This document shows positions 13,050 to 29,179 of a DNA stretch of 64,000 nt, piece by piece (position 1 is the first letter of the stretch; every line of letters begins with the position of its first letter). A model generated the notes under the pieces. That model was given only the letters and a program-made list of their open reading frames with translations. It searched no databases and was not told where the DNA came from. The translations under genes and the position numbers were made by a program. The DNA is from the human T2T-CHM13v2.0 reference genome, Homo sapiens, in the NCBI RefSeq assembly GCF_009914755.1, contig NC_060931.1. One strand, 5' to 3'.

Positions 13050-14399
13050 TGACTAATTTCTGCTGCCAATTGTTAATATGCTGGGTAGGGACAGTGGCCC
13101 AGGGGACAGCTGTTGGGGAGGTGGGCATCTCTAAGGATGTAGCCACTGCTCTGGAAGCCTCATTCTGAGCTTTGGGGCCGGATTCCTTGTCCACAGTGTG
13201 TCTATTAATATAAGCCTTTCTGATAATTGAAAGTAAGTTATGGGAAATGTAATATATATCCCCGGTATTTACTGCCTCGGGAACAAGGGAGACATAATGA
13301 AGGAGGGAAGTTTGTAATTGCAGAAAAACATCAGTTCTAGGAACAGAAATCAGTGGCAGCCAGAGACGTTCTCCCCAGGTTTCCGGCCCTGCTGGTGGCC
13401 CCTCCACCAGGCTCCATACAGGCAGGAACCCCCAGAAGAGGAAAGGGGCCTGTAATAGGAGTCATCAACCTGTCACCACGGCTAGGGTGAATATGGCCTC
13501 TGAGTTGGGGGAAGGGGGGAGGTTTACTCTTTAGCACCACCAGCTGCAGGGATGGGGAGGGGCTGTGGAGGGTGGGGTGGGGAGGGGAGGCTGGAGGTGG
13601 AGCTGGCCTTCTCTATCCACAGCCCACAGCCTCCTCAGAACAGACACTGGGCTAGTAACGTGCGGTGCTGCGGTCTAGGTCCCTGGCCCCACTTGGCACT
13701 AAGGTGAGCATGGTGGTCCTTACCCTCAGGCAGCCTTCACATCTATAAGAATGTGCATACATGCGTGGGTTTGCGTGTGAAGGAAACATGGAGGGTGACA
13801 CAGCTACATAAATGATTGCACCAAAGGCTGAGATAAGAACCTAGGGATGGAGCAGTATGAACCGGGTGCCAAGTGGTGTGGGGTGTCAGGGTCTGGCTGA
13901 GGGTGGGCAGCAAGGAGGCTGAGATAATGACCTGGACAGGTGGAGAGGGGCCGTCCCAGGTGGAGATGCAAGGAGGATGCTGGGAACAAACTCTGGCTCT
14001 TGGGCTAGAGGGGAAGGGAGGGTAAAGGAGGCATTGTCTGGCACCTACCAGGTGCTGTGCTTTGCAGGGATGATCTCATCGAACCCTCACAATATCCCCA
14101 TGTGGTAGGTACTTGTGTTACCCAAATTCTACAGATGAGGAAACAGGCAGAGAGGGTCAGTGACTTGGGCAAGGTCCCGTGGCTGGGTGGCAGAGAGCCT
14201 CTGTGAGTTGCTCTGAACCGGTCCATAGGAGGAAGCCCAGCACCTGCAGTGAAGCCCTGGTAAAGGGGAAACTTAGTTGGGAGGCTTTGATTTTGAATTG
14301 AGGCCTTGCTTGCTTTAAGAAGGTTCTCATAAGGAAAAGCTGCATGCGTCTTACATTTCTGTATTTCCCCCGTGCCACTGCCAGCCCCATCTTATAAGT

Positions 14400-14850
14400 T
14401 ATCCGCGAGTGATGAGAAGTCCCCCCTCCTCCCCGGGGTGAGTGAGAGGGCACCATCCCTGGGGCAAGGGCCCCCAGGCGCAGGATGCACGAACCGAGGG
14501 ACACACCGCCGCCAGACTGACCTGGTGTGGCGGTCGGGCGGGGCCGGGCCAGGCCGCGACCGCGAGAAACCACAGCCCCACGGAGGAGGCCGGGCCGCGG
14601 GGCTGGCGGGGACCCTGCAGGCCGGGCCGAGGTGCGGTGAGGCCTCCTCCCGACCTGGCCGCGTCCTCAGAGTTCGCTCGGGGCTTCGTGTTTGCAGAGC
14701 AGCCTCCCGCCTGCCCGGCTTGCCCGGGGATGTGGGTGGACCCGCCCCGCGCGGCCGCGGCCCAGTGCAAACCGTGATCCACCCTCTTCCGCTCGGTGGG
14801 AGGAACCCGGGGCTTTGCGCCCCTAACCAGCAGCGTGACCCTCGCAGTCA
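14400..14850. promoter_or_regulatory. orphan CpG island
   Basis: Dense CpG, GC boxes (GGGCGG). Confidence 0.8.
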
Positions 14851-15695
14851 GGGAACTTCTCATCTGTGAAGAAAGCTTAAGAATGACACCCCTGACAGGA
14901 GCATACGTGCTTGCCTGCCCATAGGGGACAGGAACAAACGAGATCATGTATTCCATGAACACGCTTTTAATGCCCACCTACTATATGACAGGTGCTGTGC
15001 TAGGCACTTCTGTATTCATTCTAAAATATTAATTTTGCATCGTGTCCTTTTGGTATACTTTATTGAAATACTATGTACAAAAAGTGCAAAAGTCATAAGA
15101 TCATCTAACACCAACAAATATTTATTTTCATTCAACAAATAAATGATTCTGTAAAACTTATTGGCAATGTGTGAGAGTATTGCACACTGCAATAAAGTGT
15201 TGTCAGTAAGAGGCCTCTTCTCTACATTACCTGCTGTTGATCTGGGATGAATTTACCTGAGTACTTGCTTCTTCTGGGACTGGAGATGGGTTTTCGGCTC
15301 CATTCTGTCACTAAACACCCTGGCTACCTCCTGTGATCTCTCTGGAACTCCTCAGTGGAATGAGGCGGCTGGCCTTCACACTAAGGACCCTACTTCCTGT
15401 GACTGATGAGGGTGGCTTGGGTGTATTTCAGAAATAATAGGACACAATTTGAGTGTGGCTTCTTGTATTTATGATTACTAACACAAATGTTATCCACACA
15501 TTCATGATAATACACATTTGCAGGTGAATGTCTTTGGCAGAGCTGCTGGAAGAAATGTGAGGCCTGTGACTCATCATGAAATCCCAAGAAGGTTTCACTA
15601 CTTTACCAACTGAGAAGTTCTCATAGGTGGCTTTAGAGAAGAGCGTTTCTTCTTGTGCAAATAGAATCCTTCTACTGAGCAGTCTTCTAAAGCAG

Positions 15696-15868
15696 TCATC
15701 TCAAAAATGAAGATAATAACACTACTCATTTTATATTTTATGCAGAAAGCTTTTAGAACAGTGCCTGGGCACACACTGAGAGTTTAATAAAAGTTAGCCA
15801 CAATTATTATTCACTCTTTGACACTCCCCCAAAAGCTTATTTGTCTCCATTCTTCCCTCTTTAAGAAA
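15696..15868. repeat. left arm of 173-bp inverted duplication
   Basis: Reverse complement of 17237-17409, 4 mismatches, no indels (manual alignment). Confidence 0.95.
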
Positions 15869-16689
15869 GGAGGTAGTAGGTTGGAAGGTCTAGCCTAATT
15901 GTTATAAGGTGCTGCCATGAATCCCAACCTAAAAATTAACAGTAGGAGGCATAGATCCCTAAGTAGTTTTCTCCCTACACATTCATCCCTTGTGAATACA
16001 GGATGATTGGGTAAAGGTCCAACCTCCCTTCCTGGGCTCCCTGGCCTGGAGAGGCACCAGGGCACTCCCTAAGGCAACCTCATCAGAAATCAGAATCCTC
16101 ATCAGCAGACCTAAGTCCTTCAGGCCACCAGTGCCTTCCCAAGGGGGTTAAAAGTTCTCTAACAAGGGCAGTGTCAGGTATGGAGAAAATGATGGAGTAA
16201 GAATTCCTTCCATATGAGTGGAGATTTACAGTTGACAAAGCACTGGCCATTTCTCCATGTTTAGTGGGGTTGATAGGAAGACTTCCCTGGGTTTTGTGTG
16301 TTTGTTTTCGTGATGATGGAAGGGTACTGAGTGCAAAGAGCCTTTGGTGTTTTGAATGCAAGGTGACTCTGTCTTTGGCTCTGGAGTTACAGACACCTAG
16401 ATTTGAGCCACCACTCTGCCATCTATTTGCTTTGTGACCTTCGGCAAGTCTGTTTATATTTTTCTTAACTTTAGCTTCCTCAACTCGAAAATGGATGTAA
16501 CAATATCACCTAGTTAGCCCATAAGGCTGTTGTGCAGTTTAATTTCTATGATGCAAATAAAGCACTTAGCTCAGTGCCTAAAGTAATGTAGATGCAATAC
16601 TAGTTAGCTTTCAATATATATTATCAATATTCTTATATGATTCTCTTAGACATGGCAGAAAAAATTCATTCTGATTTTATAGGTGATAA

Positions 16690-17050
16690 AACCGTATGGA
16701 ACTACTGATATTTACTATAGCATGGATGAACCTCAAAAATTGTGCTAAGTGAAAGAAGCCAGACCCAACAGACTACCTGTTGTGTGATTATGTCTGTCTA
16801 AAATGCCCAGAAAAGGTAAACTTATTAAGATAGAACATTAGCGGTTGCCTCAAGCTGGACGTGGAAAGGGGAATTAACTTAAAAAAAAAACGAGGGATCT
16901 CATGGGTTGAGAAGATGAAAATGTTCTGAAATGGATTTATCGTGATGGTTGTACCACTTGGTAAAGCTACTACTAAAAATCATTGTTTTGTACACCTGAA
17001 GTGGGTAAATGTTATGATGCATAACATATACATCAATAAAGTTGTTTTAA
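16690..17050 (+). mobile_element. old L1M 3' end fragment
   Basis: CATGGATGAACCTCAAAAA..GCTAAGTGAAAGAAGCCAGAC...GTGATGGTTGTACCAC...TCAATAAAGTTG. Confidence 0.8.
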
Positions 17051-17236
17051 AAACCCAAAATATCACAGGAGAAGAGGGGGAATAGAATCTAGGTTTCCTA
17101 TTAGGTGTTCTTTAGACTCTGCTACCTCCCATTGGGTAGGAGAGAGAAGGCAAACAGCAGGGGAGGAGCTATGGTTAGAATCTCCGTTAAATAAGAGAAT
17201 GGAACTAAGACAATTCTGAGAATGTAGAGGTGGTAG

Positions 17237-17409
17237 TTTCTTAAAGAGGGAAGAATGGAGAGAAATAAGCTTTTGGGGGAGTGTAAAAGAGTGAATAATA
17301 ATTGTGGCTAACTTTTGTTAAACTCTCAGTGTGTGCCCAGGCACTGTTCTAAAAGCTTTCTGCATAAAATATAAAATGAGTAGTGTCATTATCTTCATTT
17401 TTGAGATGA
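17237..17409. repeat. right arm of 173-bp inverted duplication
   Basis: Reverse complement of 15696-15868. Confidence 0.95.
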
Positions 17410-17530
17410 TGAACTTGAAGCATAGAGAATGTAAATACCTTGACCACAGTCATAAGCTAATATATGGCAGGGTCAGGATTTGAACCCAAGTAGCTTGTTC
17501 CAAAGCACCTGCATTTTACCCTGATGCTAT
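17295..17530 (-). mobile_element. MIR
   Basis: GTGTGCCCAGGCACTGTTCTAAAAGCTTT..ATTATCTTCATTTTTGAGATGATGAACTTGAAGCATAGAG..GTCAGGATTTGAACCCAAG. Confidence 0.8.
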
Positions 17531-18489
17531 TAATACATATAAAAAGAAGGAGAGAAATGTCAGGTTTCTGGGCAAAAATCTGGAGTTACATTGTGTGGAT
17601 GCGTGAGCCTGGAACATTCTGAGACTTTGCTTTAAAAATGTGATGTTGTTTTATATATAAATATGAACCACACCAGATATCTTGCTGGGGGGGTGGATTT
17701 GCTCCACCATCTATTGCATGGATAATATCCAGCATGGATATCATTTTTGTATATGAATATCTTAAAATGCCAGACAATCCCTTCACTTCTGTGTTTGAAG
17801 TGTGGCTATGCTCATTTCCCAGAGTATGAACTGAGCTCACGTTTTGGGAACAACATTCAGACTGATGTAAACAATCTCAGAATTACTTGGACCATGTTGC
17901 CAAGCTCCATTTCCCCTCCCCCAGTCTCATTCCGGGTGCCTCCTTCATCCCTGTGCCCTTTGCCTCATTCCTGTCCCTCTTTACCCTTCCAATGCTCTTT
18001 TCTCCATGAAATAGGGAGTCTTTCTGGATTGAATAGAAAAATTATGCCTTAAAGATCCATTCTTTTGGTTTGCTGCATTGAGGAAGAATATGTGTGCAGC
18101 TAGAAGAAAAAACAGGTCATATCTATACAGAACTTGAAAAGTAAGGATTAAAAATTTCAATGCTTCCAAGGCCCAAAAAATATTGCACTATTTTTTCATT
18201 TAAATTATATGTATAGATTAAGTGAAAATAATATTCCCATTTCTTTCATTCTTTTGGTTTAAGTGATTTAAAACTATTTGCATGTATAAAACAGGCAACT
18301 TGTAAATTTAAGTGAAAGGAATGCAGATTTCTTGGATGCTGTACAGGGAGGGAGAGGTTGAAAAGAAAATTAACATAGTAATGAAAAGATTAGAGAAAAG
18401 TGGTCAAGTGATCACAATCTGGTGGCCTTGGGATGGGGAAGAGGTATAATTTTTAAAAACCTTTATTGTTTTGTGTGGGAGGAAATACA

Positions 18490-19140
18490 CAACTAATGCA
18501 TGTTCATTTAAAAAGATAATCAGTTTTTGAAGAAATAGTGTGGCAAGTTAATGCCCCATATGCCCCCATAATCCCAAAGTAACAGTTGAATGTATATTCC
18601 TCCATATCTATGTGCATATAAAATATACATATATTTCCTATATAACTATCCATGAAATTAAGTCACTAATCATATCTGATTGCTTGCAGACATTTGCTTA
18701 CAATTTCTTTCTCCATTTTTACAAATGTGGAATCATATTACACAAACTATTCTTTTTGCAATTTATCCTTTTTCATTTAAAGTAAGCTTAGACCTGTTTG
18801 CCTGTGAGCACACAGATCTCGTCTGAATATAGAGTATTCCTTTATATGAATGTTCATCATTTTATTTAACCATCATTTTATTTATAAATTGATGACTGTC
18901 AGCTATTTCCACTTTTTCCTTATCACTAAAATAATTTAGTGAATATTCTTGAATGCATTCATTCGGGAATATTTACTAGATTATTTTAGTGATAATGAAA
19001 ACTATGCAAATTTTCAGAAGTGACATTTCAGGGACAAACCGAATAATAACTGTAAATTCATAAATGTCAAAATTGCCTTCAAAAAGGTTTTGCCGTTTTG
19101 TTTTTTGTTTGTTTTAACGTTCCACCAATGGTTTTCGGGT
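18490..19140 (-). mobile_element. old L1ME-like fragment
   Basis: AT-rich; AATGTGGAATCATATTAC..TTATTTAACCAT..CAAAATTGCCTTCAAAAAGGTT. Confidence 0.55.
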
Positions 19141-19259
19141 GACGGTGTCCTTGCACGATGTAGTCCGTCTTCAAAGTTCTTTTACACAACGTGAATTATA
19201 TTGAAATTGGGCTACTTCATAGAGCTTCGCCTCAGTGGAGGACAGCCTGGAATAGGTGA

Positions 19260-19960
19260 GGGGGTCTCGAAAGGAATACCAGGCCGGGGAGTACTGGCAA
19301 GTGTCGGAGGGGAAGGGCAGGTCGGGGAGAGGATCCCCAGGGGCTGGGTGTCTGCAGGGCTCCCCGTAACTCAGAGGGGCCGGCGGCCGCCGCCCGAAGC
19401 CTGAGCTTTTCTCAGCAGATGGAGAATTCATTTTTAACCCCCAGGAAGGAATGGGCTGAGACATCAGACCACCGCTCCTAGAGGGTCAAATTTCCTCCCC
19501 ATAAATCCAAAACATTCTCTTTAGGGAGTTCCCTCCGTGGCGCGCAAACCCGGGAAGCCGCGCGCCCTGGGGTTTCTTGGCGGGCCGTGCGCGCAGCCTG
19601 AACCGCCAAAGTCGCGTCATCCCGCATTTGCCTGCACCCAGGAGTTTGCAACCCGCAGAGCCCGCAGAGGCCACCGCCAAGAGTGCGCGCCTTGGCGCCC
19701 CGTCGGCCTCTACTTCCTCGGATCTGAGCCAGCGCCGCTAATCCGCAGGCTGCAGCAGAACCTGTCGCCAGCTTGGAGAGTCCCTCGCGCTGCCCTGGCT
19801 TCCCGGTCCGCGGGCGACTCGCGCTGCTCCCGGGTTTGTCGGGACCCCAGGAGGGCGCTCAAGCCTGTCGGCCCCTACTTGTGTGTAGAGAATAGGCCCG
19901 GGTACACCACCTCAGAAATGCAGAGGAAGCCGGGGACACTGAAGCCCGGGTGGTTGCAGT
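19260..19960. promoter_or_regulatory. orphan CpG island
   Basis: Dense CpG/GC. Confidence 0.8.
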
Positions 19961-22079
19961 GAGGCTGAGGATCTCAGATGGGTGACCCCCAGCTCTGGCC
20001 AGTATCTGAGGCCACTGCACGTGGGGGACACTGCCCCCCAGGTTCCCACCTAGTTGGTCTCTTCCTTGGGTCAGTGGACTGCAGATGACTCCAATTGGCC
20101 TAGTGGGCCATTTCTGTCCTAGAGTCATTTTTTGGCTGATACAGAATTTTATAATAATTCAAATTAGTTGCCAACATGTAGAAACACTTGAAAATGAAAT
20201 ATCTAACAATGATATCAGCTGGAGCTGAATTCTGTGACTCCAGTCTTCTCAATTCCCAAATGTGACCATGGCCATTTCTCTCATTTCTGTTACATTTCTG
20301 TTACCAGCCCACTCCTGTAGGCATTGATGTGTGTCCCCTGTTGGAGTCATAGAATACCATGGTGGGGGCATGAAAATAGAATATATTTTCATATATTTCA
20401 GAAAAATAGACCCTTTAGCTCCCACTGATATTTGATGCTGTGAATTGGTCAAGGTTACCCAGGGTGTGGCAGAGTTGAGATTAGCACTTTATTCACTGAT
20501 GAGAGCCCAGAGGAGGGAAGAGACTTCTGCAGGACCACCCAGCCAGAGAGCGGCAGGGGCACGCCTAGAGCCCACGTTTCTGACCATTAGCCCCTTCTCC
20601 TGACCGCACAGGGGCCCCAGTAAAACACAGCCTATGACCAAAGAGCCCTTGCTTGGGCTCTCAGGCTTTGACCCAACACCTAGTCATTGGTCAGACCAAC
20701 TGAGCTTCCACTGCCTCTGTCTGTAGCTATAGAATGGAGGGAGTCCATGAGGGCTGGCTTGTGTCTTGCTGTCAGCTTCCAGGTTCTGGGTTCTTGCCTA
20801 AGAAACAACTGCATCGAACTGTGGGCAGATATTCCTTATCTTCTTGCATAGTCTAAAAATACACCTGGCCATACTATAGCAATTGTATTTGAACTTACTG
20901 ATCCAATCCCATTGGAAATCAGTGCATCTAGCTATTAGGGGAATGTTTCCCAAACCTTCATACTTGCCACCTCCAGGGTAAAGGGAGACTGGAAAAGAAA
21001 CAGCCATGTCACTTGCCAGCCTTGTCACAGTTCTGAGTTCTGTCCTACATTTTTCATTTGGGAGCCAGAAAGAAGTGGCTAGACTATCAGAAGGCCCATA
21101 GGGGTGGAAACTCCCTATCTTAAAACCAGTACAGGGAAACACAGTGAAGGGAAAATGAATGGCTGGAGATAACAGCCAGTGTGGGGAAAAGAAGTACGTC
21201 TGAAATGGCTTCTTATTTTACTTGGGAGCATTCCCTACCCAAGACTAAAGCATGCAAAGCAGGCCAGAGACTTTGATGTTTCTCCTTAAGGAAATGAAAG
21301 TTTGAGGCATTTATGTTAACATATGGAATATCTATCTGTGACTGCATTAGCTCTTCAGACGTATCTTCTTACCTCCCTAGGAGTAAGTGAACAGCTTACA
21401 AAAGCTGCAGTTTCTGTGGGAGAAACTCAATTTGGATCTGAAATCAAGAAGGCTTAACAACACCCACTCTGTATGAAATTACCACCCCATTTTAATAAAG
21501 TCCAAGATGTTTAATAGCTCACTTAAGGTCTTACAGCACATTGGGAGCAGAAATAGAAGAGTTAACTGTTTTTCTCATTTGGTCTCCTGAGAAAGGCTTG
21601 TTCATTTTAATTCTATCTCCAGAAAAACGTTTTATTTGTCCTCTTCACAATCCCTCCTTAATATCTCACTTAGGTGTTATCACTGTGCAGGTAAAATAAT
21701 TTATTTTTAAAGTGGCAGGTTGTACACATAAAAATAATTGAGTCTGCCGGCCTGGAAAAAGGTTCAGCTGCCTGCCTGGAAAAAGGTTTACTGTAGCCTA
21801 AATTTCTATGAAGATGTATAATTTGTCAGTGAAAAATATATATGAACACACATGCATACCCCTTTATTACCACTCAGAAAGACTTGGGAAACTTACATTT
21901 TCTTCTTCTCTCTCTCTCATTTGGAAAACATGGCTCCTTCATTTCCCATTCTCTTGTAGACCTTCGGTCCTTGTGACCCTGTTCTCTTTACCTTTATGTT
22001 TGCAAGGCAGAGTACGGCACAGGCATACCATATTCTCATCACCTATAGGCCAAGAACTTGGTCTCAGATAATAGTGCTA

Positions 22080-22760
<681 letters not shown>

Positions 22761-24374
22761 TTCCAGGTATGGAGTTGTTGCTTCATTCCTCTTCCTTTCA
22801 GTATATAAACTTACTGAAATTCCTTAGGCTCACATTTAGGGAAGTAACATGCGACAATAGTAATAGCTAACATTTATTGAGGATTAGTGAGTGCTAGATA
22901 TTCTTGGAAGTGCTCTGTGTGTACTAACTCATTTTACCCTCATATGTCCCCGTTTTACAGATGGGGCCAAATTAGAACCCAAGCAGTCTAATTTAAGTAT
23001 GGGCACTTAACCATTATTCTAAATTGCCACTATAATTAAGACGGCAACAATTGTACCCTGTTATTATTTATGGATCATCTTACGCCTTTACTACAAAAGG
23101 AACATTCCCTTATCACACCGGGCATGCCTTGATTTTCTTCTCACTATTCCAAATCCCAGTGAATGTCTTTTGCAAAAAGGACACAAAATCCTGGATGCCA
23201 TTTACTATAGCACTGCAAAGATAGCAGCCAGATAATTCTTTATTTCAATTTCACATTTACCATCTCCACATCTGCTGCTTTCCAACAAATGCATTAATGC
23301 ACCCTAGTTTTGCTCTGTAGTTATTTATTTCTGGGCATATGTTAACCACCACATAGGGAGAGGGGGGCAAACATGTGATGTGATTCCCTGAGCACCATTC
23401 ACCCTCACTTCTCATCCACAGCTGCTTTTCACTCAGAAGAGTGGAATGTTGAGAAAAAGAATCACAGACATAGTAGAGAGTGAAGTAGGGGGACCGTCAA
23501 GGTGAGAGAGAAGCAGTAACTTGCATTTGCGGAGTACCCATTGTAGGCCAGACACTGTGCAAGGCCCTTTCCATTAGAACGGCTCTGAAAGGTAGGCCTT
23601 GTATTATTTTAGATCTGACATCCTGCAGCTTTGGTCTGCCCAAGGTCACTGGTGAGTAAGCTCCAGAGCTGAGGTTCAAGCTCAGGACTGTCTGGCTTCC
23701 AAGTCCAGGTTCTTGACATGTCATCAACTACCTCTGAAGTACCAGAAATCTTGGCTGGGCAAGTTTGAGAGCACTGCTCCACCGTTGATTCTGTTCTCCT
23801 AGCTGTTACAGACCAGTTTCCATCTTCCCAAATTTCCCTGGGATCTGTCTGTCTTCCTGCTGGACTCAAAATCCAGGCCTCATTCCACCACACACCAGCT
23901 TTTTGCTGCTCCTCTCCTGCTGGGTCAGAAGATCTCACAATATATATTCATAGAGAAAGTGGATTCATGGCTATTGGAAGTAAGATTTGGTGTTTACAAG
24001 CATGGGTTTTTCCTTGACTCTCCCACTTACTATCTGTGTGAGCTCAGGCAAGTTGTTTAAGTTCTTTAGGCTTCAGTTTCCTCATTTGTAAAGTGGGGAG
24101 ACCCATACCTCCCTCTGAGGGTTGTTATAAGACTTAGAGCCAGAGCACATGGGATTTTTCTTTTTCCATTGCCTGTACTGGGAAAAGGTGAGGGTTATGA
24201 GGGAAGGACAGTTCTAATAAAAGGAAAATTGGCCAATTTTTGGAGTGAATCTGGCTTTTCAGTTGTTAAAGGTCCATATCTAAGAGAAAATCATCACCTG
24301 ACTGTTGCCACTTGTAAAAGTGATACCACCCTTTCCTCAGGGCTCAAGACCAGGACAGAGTTAAATCCTGGATC

Positions 24375-24585
24375 TGGGTTCAAGAGATCTTCCCACCTCA
24401 ACCTCTTGAGTAGCTAGGACTATAGGTGTGCACCACCATGCCTGGCTAATTGTTTTTAATGTTTTGTAGAAACAGGATCTTGCTATTTTGTCCATGCTGG
24501 TTTTGAACTCCTGTCCTCAAGCAATCCTCCTGCTTTGGTCTTCCAAAAATGCCGGGATTATAGGCGTGAGTCACTGTGTCCAGCC
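24375..24585 (-). mobile_element. partial Alu (AluJ-like)
   Basis: CTCAAGCAATCCTCCTGC..GGGATTATAGGCGTGAG. Confidence 0.85.
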
Positions 24586-24627
24586 TCATGCCTATTTTTG
24601 AAACAAGGACCTATCTTTCATCTTTGA

Positions 24628-25011
<384 letters not shown>

Positions 25012-25117
25012 TAAACTCCAGAATAATTAGGAAAACGAAGTTACTATATTGCCAATAATGGAAGTTATGAAACAACTTTAAGTCCATTATAATAAAAATA
25101 TACATTAACAATACATT

Positions 25118-26083
<966 letters not shown>

Positions 26084-26366
26084 TCACAACCATCTGCCTT
26101 TTGTTTGTGCATCTATCAGTATTTCCAGGCCTCAAGGATGAGGCAGGGACTAAGAATAATTTATTCATTCTGTAGAATTCTTTACAAAATTCATACTCTT
26201 GCTCCATGAAGAGTCTGAGACTGATTCTTGTCATGGCTCTGTGAACTTGGCCAAGTCCTCTGAACTCTCTGAATCTTGGCTTCCTCAACTGGAAACTGAA
26301 AAGAACAATTCTGGCCCCTCCAACTTTATTAGGAACCTGGAGAGGAGCTAATAAAATGCTGGACAT

Positions 26367-27069
<703 letters not shown>

Positions 27070-27904
27070 TTAATATGATGATCTGTGAATATGTGTCTGA
27101 AGTGGAAATGAAAGAAAAATAAGAAACAGAGACAACGTAGTCAAAAGGAGTAACGGTGTTCCCTGATTTGCCATGTATTAGCTGAGTGATCCTAATCTCT
27201 CTGGGTCTCAGCTTCCTCATCTGTAAAGTGGGGATTATAATAATAGCTGCTCTTTCCATTTGATAAGACTATTGTATCAAATGGGTCAGTGAGTGTGAAA
27301 ATGTTACTTGGAAGAGACCATCTAACTGTTAATTATTATTAATACTGATAGTAGTTCTCCTAGAAGAAGTTCCAGTGTTCTTCCAGGGCTTCAACTAGTT
27401 TGGTCACCTTTGGAAATGAAATCTATCTTTTGAGATCACACGGTAGTCACAGGCAGGGACTGAGCCTAATGAGTAGGAGCCTGGCTCCTGGCATGACACT
27501 GCTAGGATTCAAATTTCATCTCTGCCACTAATAGGCTATGTGATCCTGAGCAAGCATTTAACCCTTCTTTGACTTAGCTTCTCCATCCATAGAATGGGGA
27601 TGATAATTATGTAGTCTCTTACCTGCTGGAGTTGTAAGAATTAAGTGCCATAATACATGTGTGCTATCCAGTACACAGAAGATATTTGTAGGTATCTTTA
27701 TTCTTGGATATAGGGTATTACTCTCGGGTATTCTTGGTGGCACCTTGGCCCCATACTGCCTAATTTACAACATTTGCTGTAACTTTAACTTATCAAATAG
27801 CATCCCAGAGTAAGCCTGATACTAGAAAAATATGACTGAATGAAAAAGCATCTATATCTACAGCTACATGGCTGAGGCCCTTTTGGCTCCTACTAAAACC
27901 ATTT

Positions 27905-28194
27905 GCTTTCTTTTTGAGACAGACTCTAGCTCTGTCACCCAGGCTGGAGTGCAGTGGCATGATCTTGGCTGCAACCTCCACCTCCCTGATTGAAGCAATT
28001 CTCCCCGCCTCAGCCTCCCGAGTAGCTGGGATTACAGGTGCCCACTACCATGCCTGCCTAATTTTTGCATTTTTAATAGAGACAGGGTTTCACCATGTTG
28101 GCCAGGCTGGTCTTGAATGCCTGAGCTCAGGTGATCTGCCCGCCTCGGCCTCCCAAAGTGCTGGGATTACCGCCGTGAGCCACCATGCCTGGCC
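27905..28194 (-). mobile_element. Alu (AluS)
   Basis: Reverse dimer. Confidence 0.93.
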
Positions 28195-28542
28195 TTCTCC
28201 ATTTTAGAGCCAGCAAGCCAATCACATTTCAAGGCCTCTGGTCCCCTTTTGTGAAAGAAATCTCTAGGTAGGGCAAGTTTTCCACCCTCCTCCAGCTCCT
28301 GCAGTTCCAGAGCAGTTTCTAACCTGCTGTCACAGAGTGAGGATTTCCATGTCCTTAGGCAGTGGATGAATGAGAGGGTGAGTGAGAAGCTAAGTTAGAT
28401 AATGGCATCATTAGGTAATAAGTTAGTGCACAAAGATCTACATGGAGGTGATAAGGTGGAAGGAGCAGGGGGTAACAGATGCATAAATCTGTACTAGGGA
28501 TTTTTTTTTTTTTTAAAGATACACTTTCAAAAAGCCATTCCA

Positions 28543-28690
28543 GGCTGGGTGCAGGGGCTCATGCCTGTAATCACAGCACTTGGGAGGCCAAGGTGGGAGG
28601 AATGCTTGAGCCCAGGAGTTCGAGACCAGCCTGGACAATACAGTGAGACCCCCATCTCAAACAAATAACATAAAAAAAAAAAATAAAGCC
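28543..28690 (+). mobile_element. free left Alu monomer (FLAM-like)
   Basis: Single monomer with A tail, flanked by TSD AAAGCCATTCCA. Confidence 0.85.
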
Positions 28691-28749
28691 ATTCCAGGCA
28701 GAATGGAGAATCACAGAAACTTATCAAGTCGAATAATGAAATTCGTAGG

Positions 28750-28911
28750 GCTGCAGTTCTTAAACTTGAGTGTGCATTAGAATCACTTGAAGGGCTTGTT
28801 AAAACATTGCTGGGCCCACCCCCAAAATTTCTGATTCAATAGGTCCAGAGTGGGGCCTCAGGAATTGCATTTCTAGTTAGTTCCCAGGTGACGTGGGGAC
28901 CACAATCACTG
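28750..28911. mobile_element. MER5A (hAT-Charlie) relic
   Basis: GTTCTTAAACTTGAGTGTGCATTAGAATCACTTGAAGGGCTTGTTAAAAC..GGGCCCACCCCCA..TTTCTGATTCA..AATTGCATTTCTA. Confidence 0.85.
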
Positions 28912-29179
28912 TCATAGGGAATCTGAGAAGAGTTGCTGTAAGGCTGTCTTATTAGAAATGGTCCTCAGACGTAAGTGAGGCCCAAGAAAGAGTCCAAGGA
29001 GCTACAGAGATAGGAGAGTCCAGGGGCTTCCCACAGCCTGGACTTCCTGAGCCACAACAAATGGGGCCTACTAGTGTGTTGGTGGCATGATTGAACATAT
29101 AGGCTGACCAGGCACTCTCACCCATGAGACTCTCCTTATCCAGACCTTGGCTGATATGTGGTGGCGGGGGGAGTTTGGG

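Noticed and set aside
15696-17409. Inverted arms as terminal inverted repeats of a DNA transposon
   Set aside because: No target-site duplication, no transposase remnant, and the MIR continues beyond the right arm.
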